Origin: Thermoleophilia bacterium
GTDB taxonomy: Bacteria > Actinomycetota > Thermoleophilia > Gaiellales > Gaiellaceae
Length of the DNA: 51,873 nt
Direction: 5' to 3'
NCBI GenBank assembly: GCA_040289505.1
Contig: PSLH01000003.1
Span: 1-51,873 of the forward strand
The notes below the pieces were generated by a model. That model saw nothing but the letters and a program-made list of their open reading frames with translations, had not been told where the DNA came from and ran no database searches. This document shows, piece by piece, positions 1 to 8,279 of the stretch. Position numbers and translations under genes: made by a program. The number at the start of each line of letters is the position of its first letter. The first letter of the stretch is position 1.

Positions 1-630
1 GGCGGGACGGGATCGCTCGGCGACGAGCTGCAGAGCGCGCGCCCGTCGCTGGCGGAAGGACCCCTCGAACGGGCGCTGCCGGCGCCGGGGCTGGAACCGC
101 TGCCCGCGCGAGGGGCAAGCGGGGGCGAGCGGACACGCCTGGCAGCGGGGTACTCGGGCCAGGCAAACGGTGGCGCCAAGGTCCATGAGCGCCTGGGCGC
201 ACTCGTGGTCGAAAGGAAAGCCGGTGCGCTCGAGCACCCGGCGTACGTTCACGTCCACCGGCAAGACCGGTCTTCCCCAAGCGAAGCAGGCGAGAGCGTC
301 GGCGGTGTAGCGACCGACCCCGGGGAGGGAGGTCAGGTCCTGAGGCCAGCCCTGAGCGGCCACGAGCCTTGCCGCTCGGTGCAGGTGGACGGCTCGTCGG
401 TTGTAGCCAAGACCTTGCCAGGCGCGGATGGCCTCGGCCAGCGGGGCCTGCGCCAGGGCCTCTGCCGTGGGCCAGCGGTCAAGCCAGGCCATATAGCGAG
501 GGATTACCCTGTCCACCTGGGTCTGCTGGAGCATGACCTCCGCCACCAGGATGGCGTAGGGATCGCGCGTCCTCCGCCAGGGGAGGTCGCGGCCGTGCTG
601 GGAAAACCAGGCAAGGAGGGCGGCCTTCAC
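1..630 (-). CDS. mutY: A/G-specific adenine DNA glycosylase (MutY-like, HhH-GPD family); N-terminal 210 codons, C-terminus runs off the left edge
   Basis: Absent from the ORF track because it is open at the window edge. My own reverse-strand translation from GTG at 630 reads VKAALLAWFSQHGRDLPWRRTRDPYAILVAEVMLQQTQVDRVIPRYMAWLDRWPT..WQGLGYNRRAVHLHRAA..LPGVGRYTADA..CLARVPRCQACPLAPAC. The last stretch is a C-x6-C-x2-C-x5-C 4Fe-4S loop. The GTG overlaps the TGA of the upstream gene (GTGA). Confidence 0.8.
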   Translation of the reverse strand, partial: MKAALLAWFSQHGRDLPWRRTRDPYAILVAEVMLQQTQVDRVIPRYMAWLDRWPTAEALAQAPLAEAIRAWQGLGYNRRAVHLHRAARLVAAQGWPQDLTSLPGVGRYTADALACFAWGRPVLPVDVNVRRVLERTGFPFDHECAQALMDLGATVCLARVPRCQACPLAPACPSRGQRFQPRRRQRPFEGSFRQRRARALQLVAERSRPA

Positions 631-998
631 GCCAGGCGCGGGCGTCTGCGGCCCAGGCCGAGAAGGGCGTGGAGGGTCCAGTTCACGGCCCAGACGACGA
701 GCGTGGCTAAGGCCCCGGCCCGGAGGCTGGCGATGGAGAAGCCGGGGACGATCCAGCTCGTGATGTACAGCATGAGGATGTTGATGGGAAAGAGGGCAAG
801 GCCCAGGGTGAGGATGACGAGCGGGAAGGCGAGCAGCTTGACCAGAGGCTTGACGAGGAGGTTGACCAAGGCGAAGGCGAGCCCAGAGGCGACCAGGACC
901 CAGTAGTCGCCCGAGTAGTCGACTCCGTCGATGACCGCCGCCGCTACGGCGATCGCAGCCACGTTGCAGACCCAGGCGTAGAGGAGCCGGCGGACCAC
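627..998 (-). CDS. small integral membrane protein, phage-holin-family IV / DUF360-like
   Basis: The 123-aa ORF has 3-4 hydrophobic helices (AAIAVAAAVIDGV.., LVASGLAFALVNLLVKPLVKLLAFPLVILTLGLALFPINILMLYITSWIV..) and a protein-like composition. It is coupled to mutY by a 4-nt overlap. Confidence 0.75.
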   Translation of the reverse strand: MVRRLLYAWVCNVAAIAVAAAVIDGVDYSGDYWVLVASGLAFALVNLLVKPLVKLLAFPLVILTLGLALFPINILMLYITSWIVPGFSIASLRAGALATLVVWAVNWTLHALLGLGRRRPRLA

Positions 999-999
999 G

Positions 1000-1641
1000 C
1001 TAGGGGAGCTGGCGCCGCTCCACCGTCTCTCCCCGGCCGACCAGGACCAAGGATACGAGCGTAGGGGGAAAAAGCCCGTGCTCGATCACGCCGGGCGTAC
1101 TCGACAGCCGGGCGGCGAGCTGGGCCGGGCTTCCGATCTGCCCCGTGTAGTCCGCGATCACGCCCCCGTCGGGGCTCCGCGGGCCCTCTCGCACCTGGGC
1201 AGCGCCCAGGGCGCGCAGGGTGGCCCGGAGCCCGAAGGGGAGGATCTCCACGGGTACCGGCGGCGATAACCGCTCCACCGTCTTGTCGGAGGAGGCCACC
1301 ACCACGAACCGCTCGGCGGCGGCGGCCACGATCTTCTCCCGGGTGTGGGCGCCTCCGCCTCCCTTGATCAGCCAGCCGTCGGGGGCGATCTGGTCGGCCC
1401 CGTCCAGGGCCAGGTCGAGCCGGTCGATCGCCTCGAAGGGCTCGACGACGATCCCCAGGGAGCGCGCAGCTCGCTCGGTGCGGGGCGAGGTGGCGACACA
1501 GCGGATAGCCGGGCGCCGGCGCGCGAGTACCGCCAGGAGGTGCTCGACCGTGGAGCCGGTACCCAGGCCGACCAGCATGCCGTCCTCCACGAGCTCGGCG
1601 GCCGCCTCGGCCGCCAGCCGCTTCTCGCGCTCCAGGTGCAC
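1000..1641 (-). CDS. rpiA: ribose-5-phosphate isomerase A
   Basis: Motifs LVGLGTGSTV, LDLALDGADQI and LIKGGGGAHTREKIV are typical of RpiA. The ORF is open to 1752, but that N-terminal extension is Arg/Pro-rich and would overlap rpe. I place the start at the in-frame GTG at 1641 (VHLEREKRL..). The start is uncertain. Confidence 0.8.
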   Translation of the reverse strand: MHLEREKRLAAEAAAELVEDGMLVGLGTGSTVEHLLAVLARRRPAIRCVATSPRTERAARSLGIVVEPFEAIDRLDLALDGADQIAPDGWLIKGGGGAHTREKIVAAAAERFVVVASSDKTVERLSPPVPVEILPFGLRATLRALGAAQVREGPRSPDGGVIADYTGQIGSPAQLAARLSSTPGVIEHGLFPPTLVSLVLVGRGETVERRQLP

Positions 1642-1702
1642 GGTCGGATTCTCGCGCCTCCGCCTGCGCGGCGTGAGGGAATGGGGAGGGTAGTGTACGC
1701 TC

Positions 1703-2395
1703 GTGCCTTGGCAGGAGTGGGTCGGGGACAAGACGGTGGTGGAGCCGTCCATCTACGCGGCCGACCTCAGTCGCTTGGGGGACCAGGTGGAGGCGTTGCT
1801 CGACGCCGGCGCCCGCATCTTCCACGTCGACATCGGCGATGGTCGCTTCATCGAGGAGATCACCATCGGCCCCATCGTCGTTCGCTCCCTGGCTCCGCTC
1901 GTGCACGGGCGGGGCGGGGTGCTCGACTGCCACCTGATGGTAGCCGAGCCGGGCCGCCAGCTGGCCAAGGTCAAGGAGGCGGGTGGAGACAGCGTCACCT
2001 TCCACGTGGAGGCGGTCGAGGACGTACAGGTTACGGTCGCTAGCGCTCGCGCTCTCGGCTTGGGAGTGGGGCTTGCCCTCAACCCGAGCACGCCGGTGGA
2101 GGCGGCGCTGGCGGCGGCCGACGCGGTCGACCTCGTCCTCTGCATGAGCGTCCACCCCGGCCTCTCCGGCCAGGCCTTCATGCCCGAGGCTCTCCCCCGC
2201 GTCGCCCAGCTCCGCCGGCTCCTGCCCCAGGAGGTGCTGGTGCAGGTAGACGGAGGGATCTCCCTGGAGAACGCTCGGGCTGTGCGGGAGGCCGGGGCCA
2301 GGCTCCTCGTGGCAGGAAGCGCCGTCTTCTGGCAGGAGGACCCGGTGGCGAGCTACCAGGCGCTCGTAGCCGAGGCGGAGGCGGGCGTGCCGTGA
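1703..2395 (+). CDS. rpe: ribulose-phosphate 3-epimerase
   Basis: Contains PSIYAADLSRLGDQV..FHVDIGDGRFI..DCHLMV..MSVHPGLSGQAF..QVDGGI. It is divergent from rpiA. The start is uncertain (GTG 1703, or GTG 1736/1739). Confidence 0.85.
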   Translation: MPWQEWVGDKTVVEPSIYAADLSRLGDQVEALLDAGARIFHVDIGDGRFIEEITIGPIVVRSLAPLVHGRGGVLDCHLMVAEPGRQLAKVKEAGGDSVTFHVEAVEDVQVTVASARALGLGVGLALNPSTPVEAALAAADAVDLVLCMSVHPGLSGQAFMPEALPRVAQLRRLLPQEVLVQVDGGISLENARAVREAGARLLVAGSAVFWQEDPVASYQALVAEAEAGVP

Positions 2396-3834
2396 GCGAG
2401 TCGGGCTTCGAGCGCCCTCCCGACCACGTGATCGTGCTCTTCGGAGCGACGGGCGACCTCGTCCGGAGGAAGCTCCTTCCCGGTCTCTACAACCTCTTCT
2501 GCGCCGGCCTGATGCCCGAGCGCTTCCGGGTGATCGGCGCCTCCCGGCCGCGGAGCGCCATGTCCGACCAGGCCTTCCGCGCCCTGGCGCTGGAGGCCGT
2601 CCGCGCCTTCGCGCTCCACCCGTGCGAGGACGAGCGCTGGGAGGAGTTCGCCCGCGCGCTCTCCTTCGCCGTCTCTGATCCGGCCGACCCCTCGTCGCTG
2701 GTCGAGGCCGTGACCCGGGCCGAGCGAGAGATCGGCGGGCAGCCTCGGCGTCTGTACCACCTGGCCGTCCCTCCCGCTGCGTTCGCCCCCCTCGTAGCCA
2801 TGCTGGGACGAGCGGGGCTGGCAGAGCGGGCCCGGGTGATCGTGGAGAAGCCGTTCGGCGTCGATCTGGCCTCGGCCCGCGAGCTCAACCGCCTCCTCGA
2901 CGCCGTCTTCGGCGAGGCCCAGGTGTTCCGCATGGACCACTTCCTGGGCAAGGAGTCGGTGGAGAACATCCTCGCCTTCCGCTTCGCCAACGGTCTGTTC
3001 GAGCCGGTGTGGAACCGAAACCACATCGACCACGTCCAGATCGACGTCCCTGAGACCCTGTCTGTCGAGGGCCGCGCTGCCTTCTACGAGGGGACGGGGG
3101 CGTTCCGGGACATGGTGGTCACCCACCTCTTCCAGGTGCTCGGGTTCGTGGCCATGGAGCCGCCCACGGCTCTCAACGCCAAGGCCCTTCGCGACGAGAC
3201 GACGAAGGTGTTCGACTCCATGGAGCCGATCGATCCGGCCAAGGTGGTGCGGGGTCAGTACCGGGGCTACCGGGAGGAGCCCGGCGTCTCCCCGGACTCG
3301 CAGACAGAGACCTTCGTCGCCCTCCAAGTCGAGATCGACAACTGGCGTTGGGCGGGCGTCCCCTTCTACCTGCGCACGGGCAAGCGCTTGGCCATGAGCG
3401 CTCAGCTCATCACCCTCGCCTTCCGCGAGCCTCCCCTGCGCATGTTCGAGCTGGCTCAGGCGGAGCCGCCTTACGGGCGCCTCAACGAGCTCGTGATCGA
3501 GTTCCAGGATCCAGGGTCTATCTCCGCCTGCTTCTTGGCGAAGGAGCCGGGACCTGGCATGCGCCTACGGGAGGTAGCGATGACGTTCAGCTACGAGCGC
3601 TCCTTCCAGGCCCAGAAGCTCGCCGGCTACGAGCGACTGATCCACGATGCCATGCTGGGCGACCAGACGCTTTTTACCCGAGCTGACGGGATCGAGCGCC
3701 TGTGGGAGGTGGCAGCGCCCCTCCTTGCCGATCCGCCTCCGCTCCTCCTGTACGAGCCCGGCTCGCTCGGGCCCAAGGAGGCAGAGGAGCTCATCGCTCC
3801 CCGTCGCTGGCGCCTGTCCGAGCCTCTTCCCTAG
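2392..3834 (+). CDS. zwf: glucose-6-phosphate 1-dehydrogenase
   Basis: Has the N-terminal dinucleotide motif VLFGATGDLVRRKLLPGLYNL and the active-site-region motif RMDHFLGKE (compare RIDHYLGKE). Length is 480 aa. Its GTG overlaps the rpe TGA (GTGA). Confidence 0.9.
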   Translation: MSESGFERPPDHVIVLFGATGDLVRRKLLPGLYNLFCAGLMPERFRVIGASRPRSAMSDQAFRALALEAVRAFALHPCEDERWEEFARALSFAVSDPADPSSLVEAVTRAEREIGGQPRRLYHLAVPPAAFAPLVAMLGRAGLAERARVIVEKPFGVDLASARELNRLLDAVFGEAQVFRMDHFLGKESVENILAFRFANGLFEPVWNRNHIDHVQIDVPETLSVEGRAAFYEGTGAFRDMVVTHLFQVLGFVAMEPPTALNAKALRDETTKVFDSMEPIDPAKVVRGQYRGYREEPGVSPDSQTETFVALQVEIDNWRWAGVPFYLRTGKRLAMSAQLITLAFREPPLRMFELAQAEPPYGRLNELVIEFQDPGSISACFLAKEPGPGMRLREVAMTFSYERSFQAQKLAGYERLIHDAMLGDQTLFTRADGIERLWEVAAPLLADPPPLLLYEPGSLGPKEAEELIAPRRWRLSEPLP

Positions 3835-3878
3835 CCGGGGGAAGGCTCCTGGCTGCGGGCGGCGAAGTCTGCCTCGCC

Positions 3879-4670
3879 GTGGGTATCTCTGACCGGGCCG
3901 TCTCCGCCATCGTCACCGGCGCCGCGGGGCTGGCGCTCATCGTAATCCTGCGCTGGATCCTTGGCCATGCTTTCGATCGTTACCTCCGCCGGGCGGCAGC
4001 GGCGCGTACCGCTGACGAGGTGGCGCGGCTACGGACGCGACTTACCGTGCTGCGGCGAGCGGTGATCGCCTTCTTGGTGGTGATCGTGGCCTGGAGCATG
4101 CTCGAGGCGTTCCCTGTCACCGAGCAGCTCGCCCGTACCCTCCTTGCCTCGGGGGCGATCGTCGCCCTGTTCGTGGGCGTCGCCTTCAGCACTCCGCTTT
4201 CCAATTTAGGCGCCGGCATCCTCCTCGGTTTGACCCAGCCGGTGCGGCTGGGCGATCGGGTGACCGTGGGCGAGGTCACCGGGACAGCCGAGGAGATTAC
4301 GCTCATCCACACCGTGCTCGCCACGGACGACGAGCGCCGGATCTTCGTGCCGAACTCGCACATGGTGAGCTCGGTAGTCGTCAACCGCTCGATCCGCGAC
4401 CCCCGGCGCCAGGTGAGCGTGCGCCTGCCCATCGCTCTCGGCCAACCGGTGGAGCGGGCCCGGGCGGCCCTTCTCCAGGCCGCCCTCGCGGCCGAGGCGG
4501 CTCCTCCCCTGGAAGCCCAAGTGCTCGTGGCCGAGGTAGGGGAGAGGACCTGCTGGCTGAGCTTGACAGTCTATGCTCCGCCCGACGCCCCCGTGGAGCG
4601 CCTCGCCGGCGAGCTTCGGGAGCGCGGCCTGCGCGCGCTGGGGGAGGCAGGGCTCCTTCCTTCGTCCTGA
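3879..4670 (+). CDS. mechanosensitive ion channel (MscS family)
   Basis: TM helices are followed by LGDRVTVGEVTGTAEEITLIHTVLATDDERRIFVPNSHMVSSVVVNRS, an MscS beta-domain signature. The ORF track starts at 3702, inside zwf. The first in-frame start after the zwf stop is GTG at 3879. Confidence 0.8.
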   Translation: MGISDRAVSAIVTGAAGLALIVILRWILGHAFDRYLRRAAAARTADEVARLRTRLTVLRRAVIAFLVVIVAWSMLEAFPVTEQLARTLLASGAIVALFVGVAFSTPLSNLGAGILLGLTQPVRLGDRVTVGEVTGTAEEITLIHTVLATDDERRIFVPNSHMVSSVVVNRSIRDPRRQVSVRLPIALGQPVERARAALLQAALAAEAAPPLEAQVLVAEVGERTCWLSLTVYAPPDAPVERLAGELRERGLRALGEAGLLPSS

Positions 4671-4704
4671 GCCTCAGCTTGCGCTTCCCTCCATACTGGT
4701 CGTG

Positions 4705-5706
4705 ATGAGGCGCGTTCGCTTCGCTCCCAGTCCCACGGGCTCGCTCCACTTGGGAAACGCCTTGACCGCGGTCGCCAACCGGGCCTTCGGCGACTGGATG
4801 CTGCTGCGCATCGACGACACCGACCCCAAGCGGGTCGTCCCCGGCGGCGAGGAGGCGATCGTGCGCGACCTGCGCTGGCTCGGGATTACGTGGGAGGAAG
4901 GACCCGTGCGACAGAGCGAGCGCCATGAGCGCTACCGGCAGGCGGCCAGTCGGCTTGGGGATCGCTTCGACGGCATCACCCTCCTCCGACCTGACGGGAC
5001 GGCCACCTACCACTTAGCCAGCGTGGTCGACGACATCGACTTCCAAATCACCCACGTCATCCGCGGTGCCGACCACCGTCCCAACGAGGTCCTCCATCGC
5101 CGCCTCCACCAGGCGCTCGGCAGCGAGCCGCCGCAGTACATCCACCACGGCCTCATCCTTGGCCCCGATGGGCGCAAGCTGTCCAAACGCCACGGCCCTG
5201 CCTCCATCGCCGATCTGAGGGAGGCAGGCATCCCTGCCCACGCGGTACGGGCTTACCTCGAGGAGCTCGACCTTCCCCGACATGACGTCCGCGTTGACTT
5301 CGCCCGCATCCGCCGGCTGGCGATGGAAACTCTCGCCGCCATGTCGGACGAGACGCTGGCCGCGCTCCTGGGAGTTCCGGCCCGGGTCATCCCCGCCGTC
5401 CGCGGCGCCCGCGACCTCAAGGAGGCGCGGGAGTACGCCCAGCTCATCCTCTCGCCTCCGCCGCCGGTGGAGGTGGACGCTCGGCCTACGCTGGAGCGCT
5501 TCCTGGAGCTGCGCGCCGGCGCCTGCGACCAGCTCGACGCCGAGGCGGCACGGGCGCTCGTCGGGGAGCTGAAGGCGGTGGGGGCCGACCTGCGGGCGCT
5601 CCGACTCGCCCTTACCGGACGCGAGCGGGGGCCCGAGCTGTGGGCCATCCTGGTCGCTCTTCCCCGCCACGAGGCCCTGCGACGGGTGGAGAGAGCGTTG
5701 AGATAG
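4705..5706 (+). CDS. glutamyl-tRNA-synthetase-like class I aaRS, unusually short (333 aa)
   Basis: The start is ATG 4705 (MRRVRFAPSPTGSLHLGN, the HIGH motif). It also has LLRIDDTDPKR, DGTATYHLASVVDD, THVIRGADH, KLSKR (KMSKS) and a GluRS-type C-terminal end (LRLALTGRERGPELWAILVALPRHEALRRVERAL). It occupies the gltX position upstream of cysS. See findings for the missing segments. Confidence 0.8.
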   Translation: MRRVRFAPSPTGSLHLGNALTAVANRAFGDWMLLRIDDTDPKRVVPGGEEAIVRDLRWLGITWEEGPVRQSERHERYRQAASRLGDRFDGITLLRPDGTATYHLASVVDDIDFQITHVIRGADHRPNEVLHRRLHQALGSEPPQYIHHGLILGPDGRKLSKRHGPASIADLREAGIPAHAVRAYLEELDLPRHDVRVDFARIRRLAMETLAAMSDETLAALLGVPARVIPAVRGARDLKEAREYAQLILSPPPPVEVDARPTLERFLELRAGACDQLDAEAARALVGELKAVGADLRALRLALTGRERGPELWAILVALPRHEALRRVERALR

Positions 5707-5717
5707 CGTGGGGCCCG

Positions 5718-6983
5718 ATGCGGCTCTACAACACCCTGACCAGGCGCAAGGACCCACTGCCTGGCCCGCCGGGGCCAGTGCGGATGTACGTCTGCGGCCC
5801 CACCGTCTACCAGCGCATCCACGTCGGCAACGCCCGCCCCTTCGTCCTCTCGTTGTGGCTCAAGCGCTGGCTCCAGGCCTCCGGATACCGGGTGACGTTG
5901 GTCGAGAACATCACCGACGTCAACGACAAGATCTACGAGGCGGCGCCCGGGAGGAGCGCCGAGCTGGCCGAGCGGGCCACGGGCTGGTACGTGGAGGACA
6001 CCGACGCCCTCGGCCTGGGCCGGCCTGATCTCGAGCCTCGCGCCACCGAGGCCGTCCCCGCCATCATCGCCGCCATCCAGGAGCTGATCGCCCGCGGCTA
6101 CGCCTACCAGGTGGGAGGAGACGTCTACTTCCGCGTCTCCCGCGATCCCGCGTATGGCTGCCTGTCCCGGCAGCGTCCGGAGGAGCTCGCCCAAGAGCCG
6201 AGCCCAGCCAAGGAGGATCCGCGCGACTTCGCCCTGTGGAAGGCGACCAAGGAGGGCGAGGACACCTGGTGGGAGTCGCCCTGGGGCAGGGGCCGGCCGG
6301 GCTGGCACATCGAGTGCTCGGTCATGGCCGAGCAGCACCTGGGCCCGGCGTTCGAGATCCACGGCGGCGGGCTCGACCTCGTGTTCCCCCACCACGAGAA
6401 CGAGCTCGCCCAGTCACGGGCGCTCGGCCACCCATTCGCCCGCATCTGGATGCACAACGGCTTGCTCCGCTTCGTAGGCGAGAAGATGTCGAAGTCGGTC
6501 GGCAACGTGGTGACCCTGCGTGAGGCCTTGCAGGAGTGGGGGCGGGAGACCTTGCTCGTCTTCTTCCTGGGCGCCCACTGGCGGCGGCCAATCGACTTCT
6601 CCCCCGATTCGATGGCGGCTGCTCGGGCCCAGCGAGACAGCCTGCGGGAGGTCTTCCGAGGACCGTCCCGGCCAGCTCCCCCGGGAGCTTGGGAGCGCTT
6701 CGCCGCCGCCCTCGACGACGACTTCTCCACCCCCGAGGCCCTGGCCGTGATCCACGGCTGGCGCGACCACGCGCTACTTCTACGGGCTCTGGACGTCTTC
6801 GGCCTGGCCTCGCTGGCCGAGCAGGAGGAGGCTCCGGCCCGGGTCGTGGAGCTGGCACGGCGGCGTCAGGAGGCTCGCCAGCGCAAGGACTTCGCTGCCG
6901 CCGACGCGCTCAGGGAGGAGATCGCCTCTCTCGGCTGGGAGGTGCGGGACGTGGCCGAGGGCTTCCGGCTCGTACGCCGGTGA
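5718..6983 (+). CDS. cysS: cysteine--tRNA ligase
   Basis: Contains MRLYNTLTRRK..MYVCGPTVYQRIHVGNARP (HIGH), GWHIECS, HGGGLDLVFPHHENE and KMSKSVGN. ATG at 5718 is the first start after the upstream stop. Confidence 0.9.
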   Translation: MRLYNTLTRRKDPLPGPPGPVRMYVCGPTVYQRIHVGNARPFVLSLWLKRWLQASGYRVTLVENITDVNDKIYEAAPGRSAELAERATGWYVEDTDALGLGRPDLEPRATEAVPAIIAAIQELIARGYAYQVGGDVYFRVSRDPAYGCLSRQRPEELAQEPSPAKEDPRDFALWKATKEGEDTWWESPWGRGRPGWHIECSVMAEQHLGPAFEIHGGGLDLVFPHHENELAQSRALGHPFARIWMHNGLLRFVGEKMSKSVGNVVTLREALQEWGRETLLVFFLGAHWRRPIDFSPDSMAAARAQRDSLREVFRGPSRPAPPGAWERFAAALDDDFSTPEALAVIHGWRDHALLLRALDVFGLASLAEQEEAPARVVELARRRQEARQRKDFAAADALREEIASLGWEVRDVAEGFRLVRR

Positions 6984-7720
6984 GCGGCGATCTCGTCTAC
7001 GGCCGGCGGGCGGTGCGGGAAGCGCTACGCGGCCGGCGAGCGGTCCTGGAGCTGTGGGCGAGCGAGCGAGCGCTGGCAGGGGAGGCGTGGCTGCGGGAGA
7101 CGCCAGGCCTGCGCGTCCAGGTTCGGCCGGAGCGGGCCTTGACCGCGCTGGCGGGAAGCCCTGACCACCAAGGCGTGGTCGCCCGCTGCGAGCCCTACCC
7201 GTACGCCGACGCCTACGCGTTGGCCACAGTCGAGCGGCCCTTGCTCGTTCTCCTCGACCAGGTCACCGATCCCCACAACCTAGGGGCCGTCTGCCGGAGC
7301 GCCGAGGGGGCAGGCGCCACCGGCGTCGTCCTGCCCGAGCGGAGCTCGGCCAGGGTCACCCCCGCCGTGTGTCGGGCCTCGGCGGGGGCGGTCGAGCACC
7401 TGCCGGTGGCCATCGTCGCCAACCTGGCCCGCTACCTGAAGGAGGTGAAAGGCCCCTCGTTGTGGGCGTACGCCACTGCCCCCGACGCTCCCACCTGCAT
7501 GTGGGAGGCAGACCTGTCCGGGGGGATCGCGCTCGTGCTCGGAGCAGAGGGGAAGGGTATCCGGCCCGTCGTCCGCCGGGCCTGCGATGGGGCCGTCTCC
7601 ATTCCCCTCGCGGGTCGGGTGGAATCGCTCAACGTAAGCGTCGCTGCCGCTGTGCTCCTCTACGAGGCACGGCGCCAGCGGAGAGCGGTCGCGAGGGAGC
7701 TGGAGGGAGAGGAGCCGTGA
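6980..7720 (+). CDS. rlmB: 23S rRNA (guanosine-2'-O)-methyltransferase, SpoU/TrmH family (RlmB-like)
   Basis: Contains VYGRRAVREAL.., LDQVTDPHNLGAVCRSAEGAGATGVV, LVLGAEGKGIR and IPLAGRVESLNVSVAAAVLLYE. GTG 6980 overlaps the cysS TGA (GTGA). The upstream part of the ORF-track entry (from 6536) is an out-of-frame shadow of cysS. Confidence 0.85.
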   Translation: MSGDLVYGRRAVREALRGRRAVLELWASERALAGEAWLRETPGLRVQVRPERALTALAGSPDHQGVVARCEPYPYADAYALATVERPLLVLLDQVTDPHNLGAVCRSAEGAGATGVVLPERSSARVTPAVCRASAGAVEHLPVAIVANLARYLKEVKGPSLWAYATAPDAPTCMWEADLSGGIALVLGAEGKGIRPVVRRACDGAVSIPLAGRVESLNVSVAAAVLLYEARRQRRAVARELEGEEP

Positions 7721-8151
7721 GCGAGCCCACGCTCTACCTCTTCGACGGGCACAACCTCCTCTACGCTGGCCGCTTCCGGGACGAGCAGGAACTGGTGGAT
7801 CGGTTGGCGAGCTTCCTCGCGTTGCGCGGCGCCAGGGGCACGGTCGTCTTCGACGGCCCGGGCCACGATCGCTTGCTCGGCCCGCTCGAGGTGCGGTACG
7901 CCCCCCACGCTGACTCCCTGCTCGAGCGGCTGGCAGCCGAGCACCGCCGCCAGGAGCGCGTGTGTCTCGTCTCCTCCGACCTGGCGCTCCGTCGTGTCGC
8001 TGGTCTCGAGGTGGAGACGCGCTCCTCGGGCGCGTTCGTGACCGAGCTTGGGGGCGGAAGCTCCACGGAGCGCTCGTCCTCCCGCCTGGCTGATCGGCTG
8101 GACGCGGAGACGCGGGCCGCGCTCGAGCGCTGGCGGCGCGGCCAAGCGTAG
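7717..8151 (+). CDS. yacP: NYN/PIN-like domain protein, YacP (Rae1)-like
   Basis: VSEPTLYLFDGHNLLYAG..VVFDG..VRYAPHADSLLERL..VCLVSSDLAL resembles YacP-family proteins. It sits between rlmB and sigH as in Bacillus. GTG 7717 overlaps the rlmB TGA. Confidence 0.7.
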   Translation: MSEPTLYLFDGHNLLYAGRFRDEQELVDRLASFLALRGARGTVVFDGPGHDRLLGPLEVRYAPHADSLLERLAAEHRRQERVCLVSSDLALRRVAGLEVETRSSGAFVTELGGGSSTERSSSRLADRLDAETRAALERWRRGQA

Positions 8152-8279
8152 CGTGTTGCAATTGTGCAAACAGACTTGTAACGAGAAGCAGACCCTGCTA
8201 TCGTTGCGGCTCACCTTGAGGCTGAGGTTCTCGTAGAGGACTCGAGGCTTTCGCCACCCGCTCACGGAGGGAGAGAGCA
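8152..8279 (+). promoter_or_regulatory. sigH upstream region with candidate promoter, small inverted repeat and Shine-Dalgarno
   Basis: This is the only clearly AT-richer intergenic stretch in the left half of the window. The candidate promoter is TTGTAA (8176-8181), a 17-nt spacer and TATCGT (8199-8204). There is an inverted repeat TTGCA-ATTG-TGCAA at 8156-8169. The SD GGAGGGAG lies at 8267-8274, upstream of ATG 8280. The promoter assignment is by eye only. Confidence 0.3.

Noticed and set aside
205-906. 233-aa plus-strand ORF at the left end
   Set aside because: It lies antisense to the MutY-like reading frame, which has a clear HhH-GPD and 4Fe-4S signature, and to the holin-like gene. It has no motifs of its own.
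4671-4704. Expected T-box or riboswitch leaders upstream of gltX-like, cysS and lysC, as in many Firmicutes
   Set aside because: The upstream spacers are only about 34 nt (gltX-like), 11 nt (cysS) and at most about 110 nt (lysC, 44665-44776). That is too short for T-box or L-box elements. I saw no conserved T-box or lysine-riboswitch core sequence.
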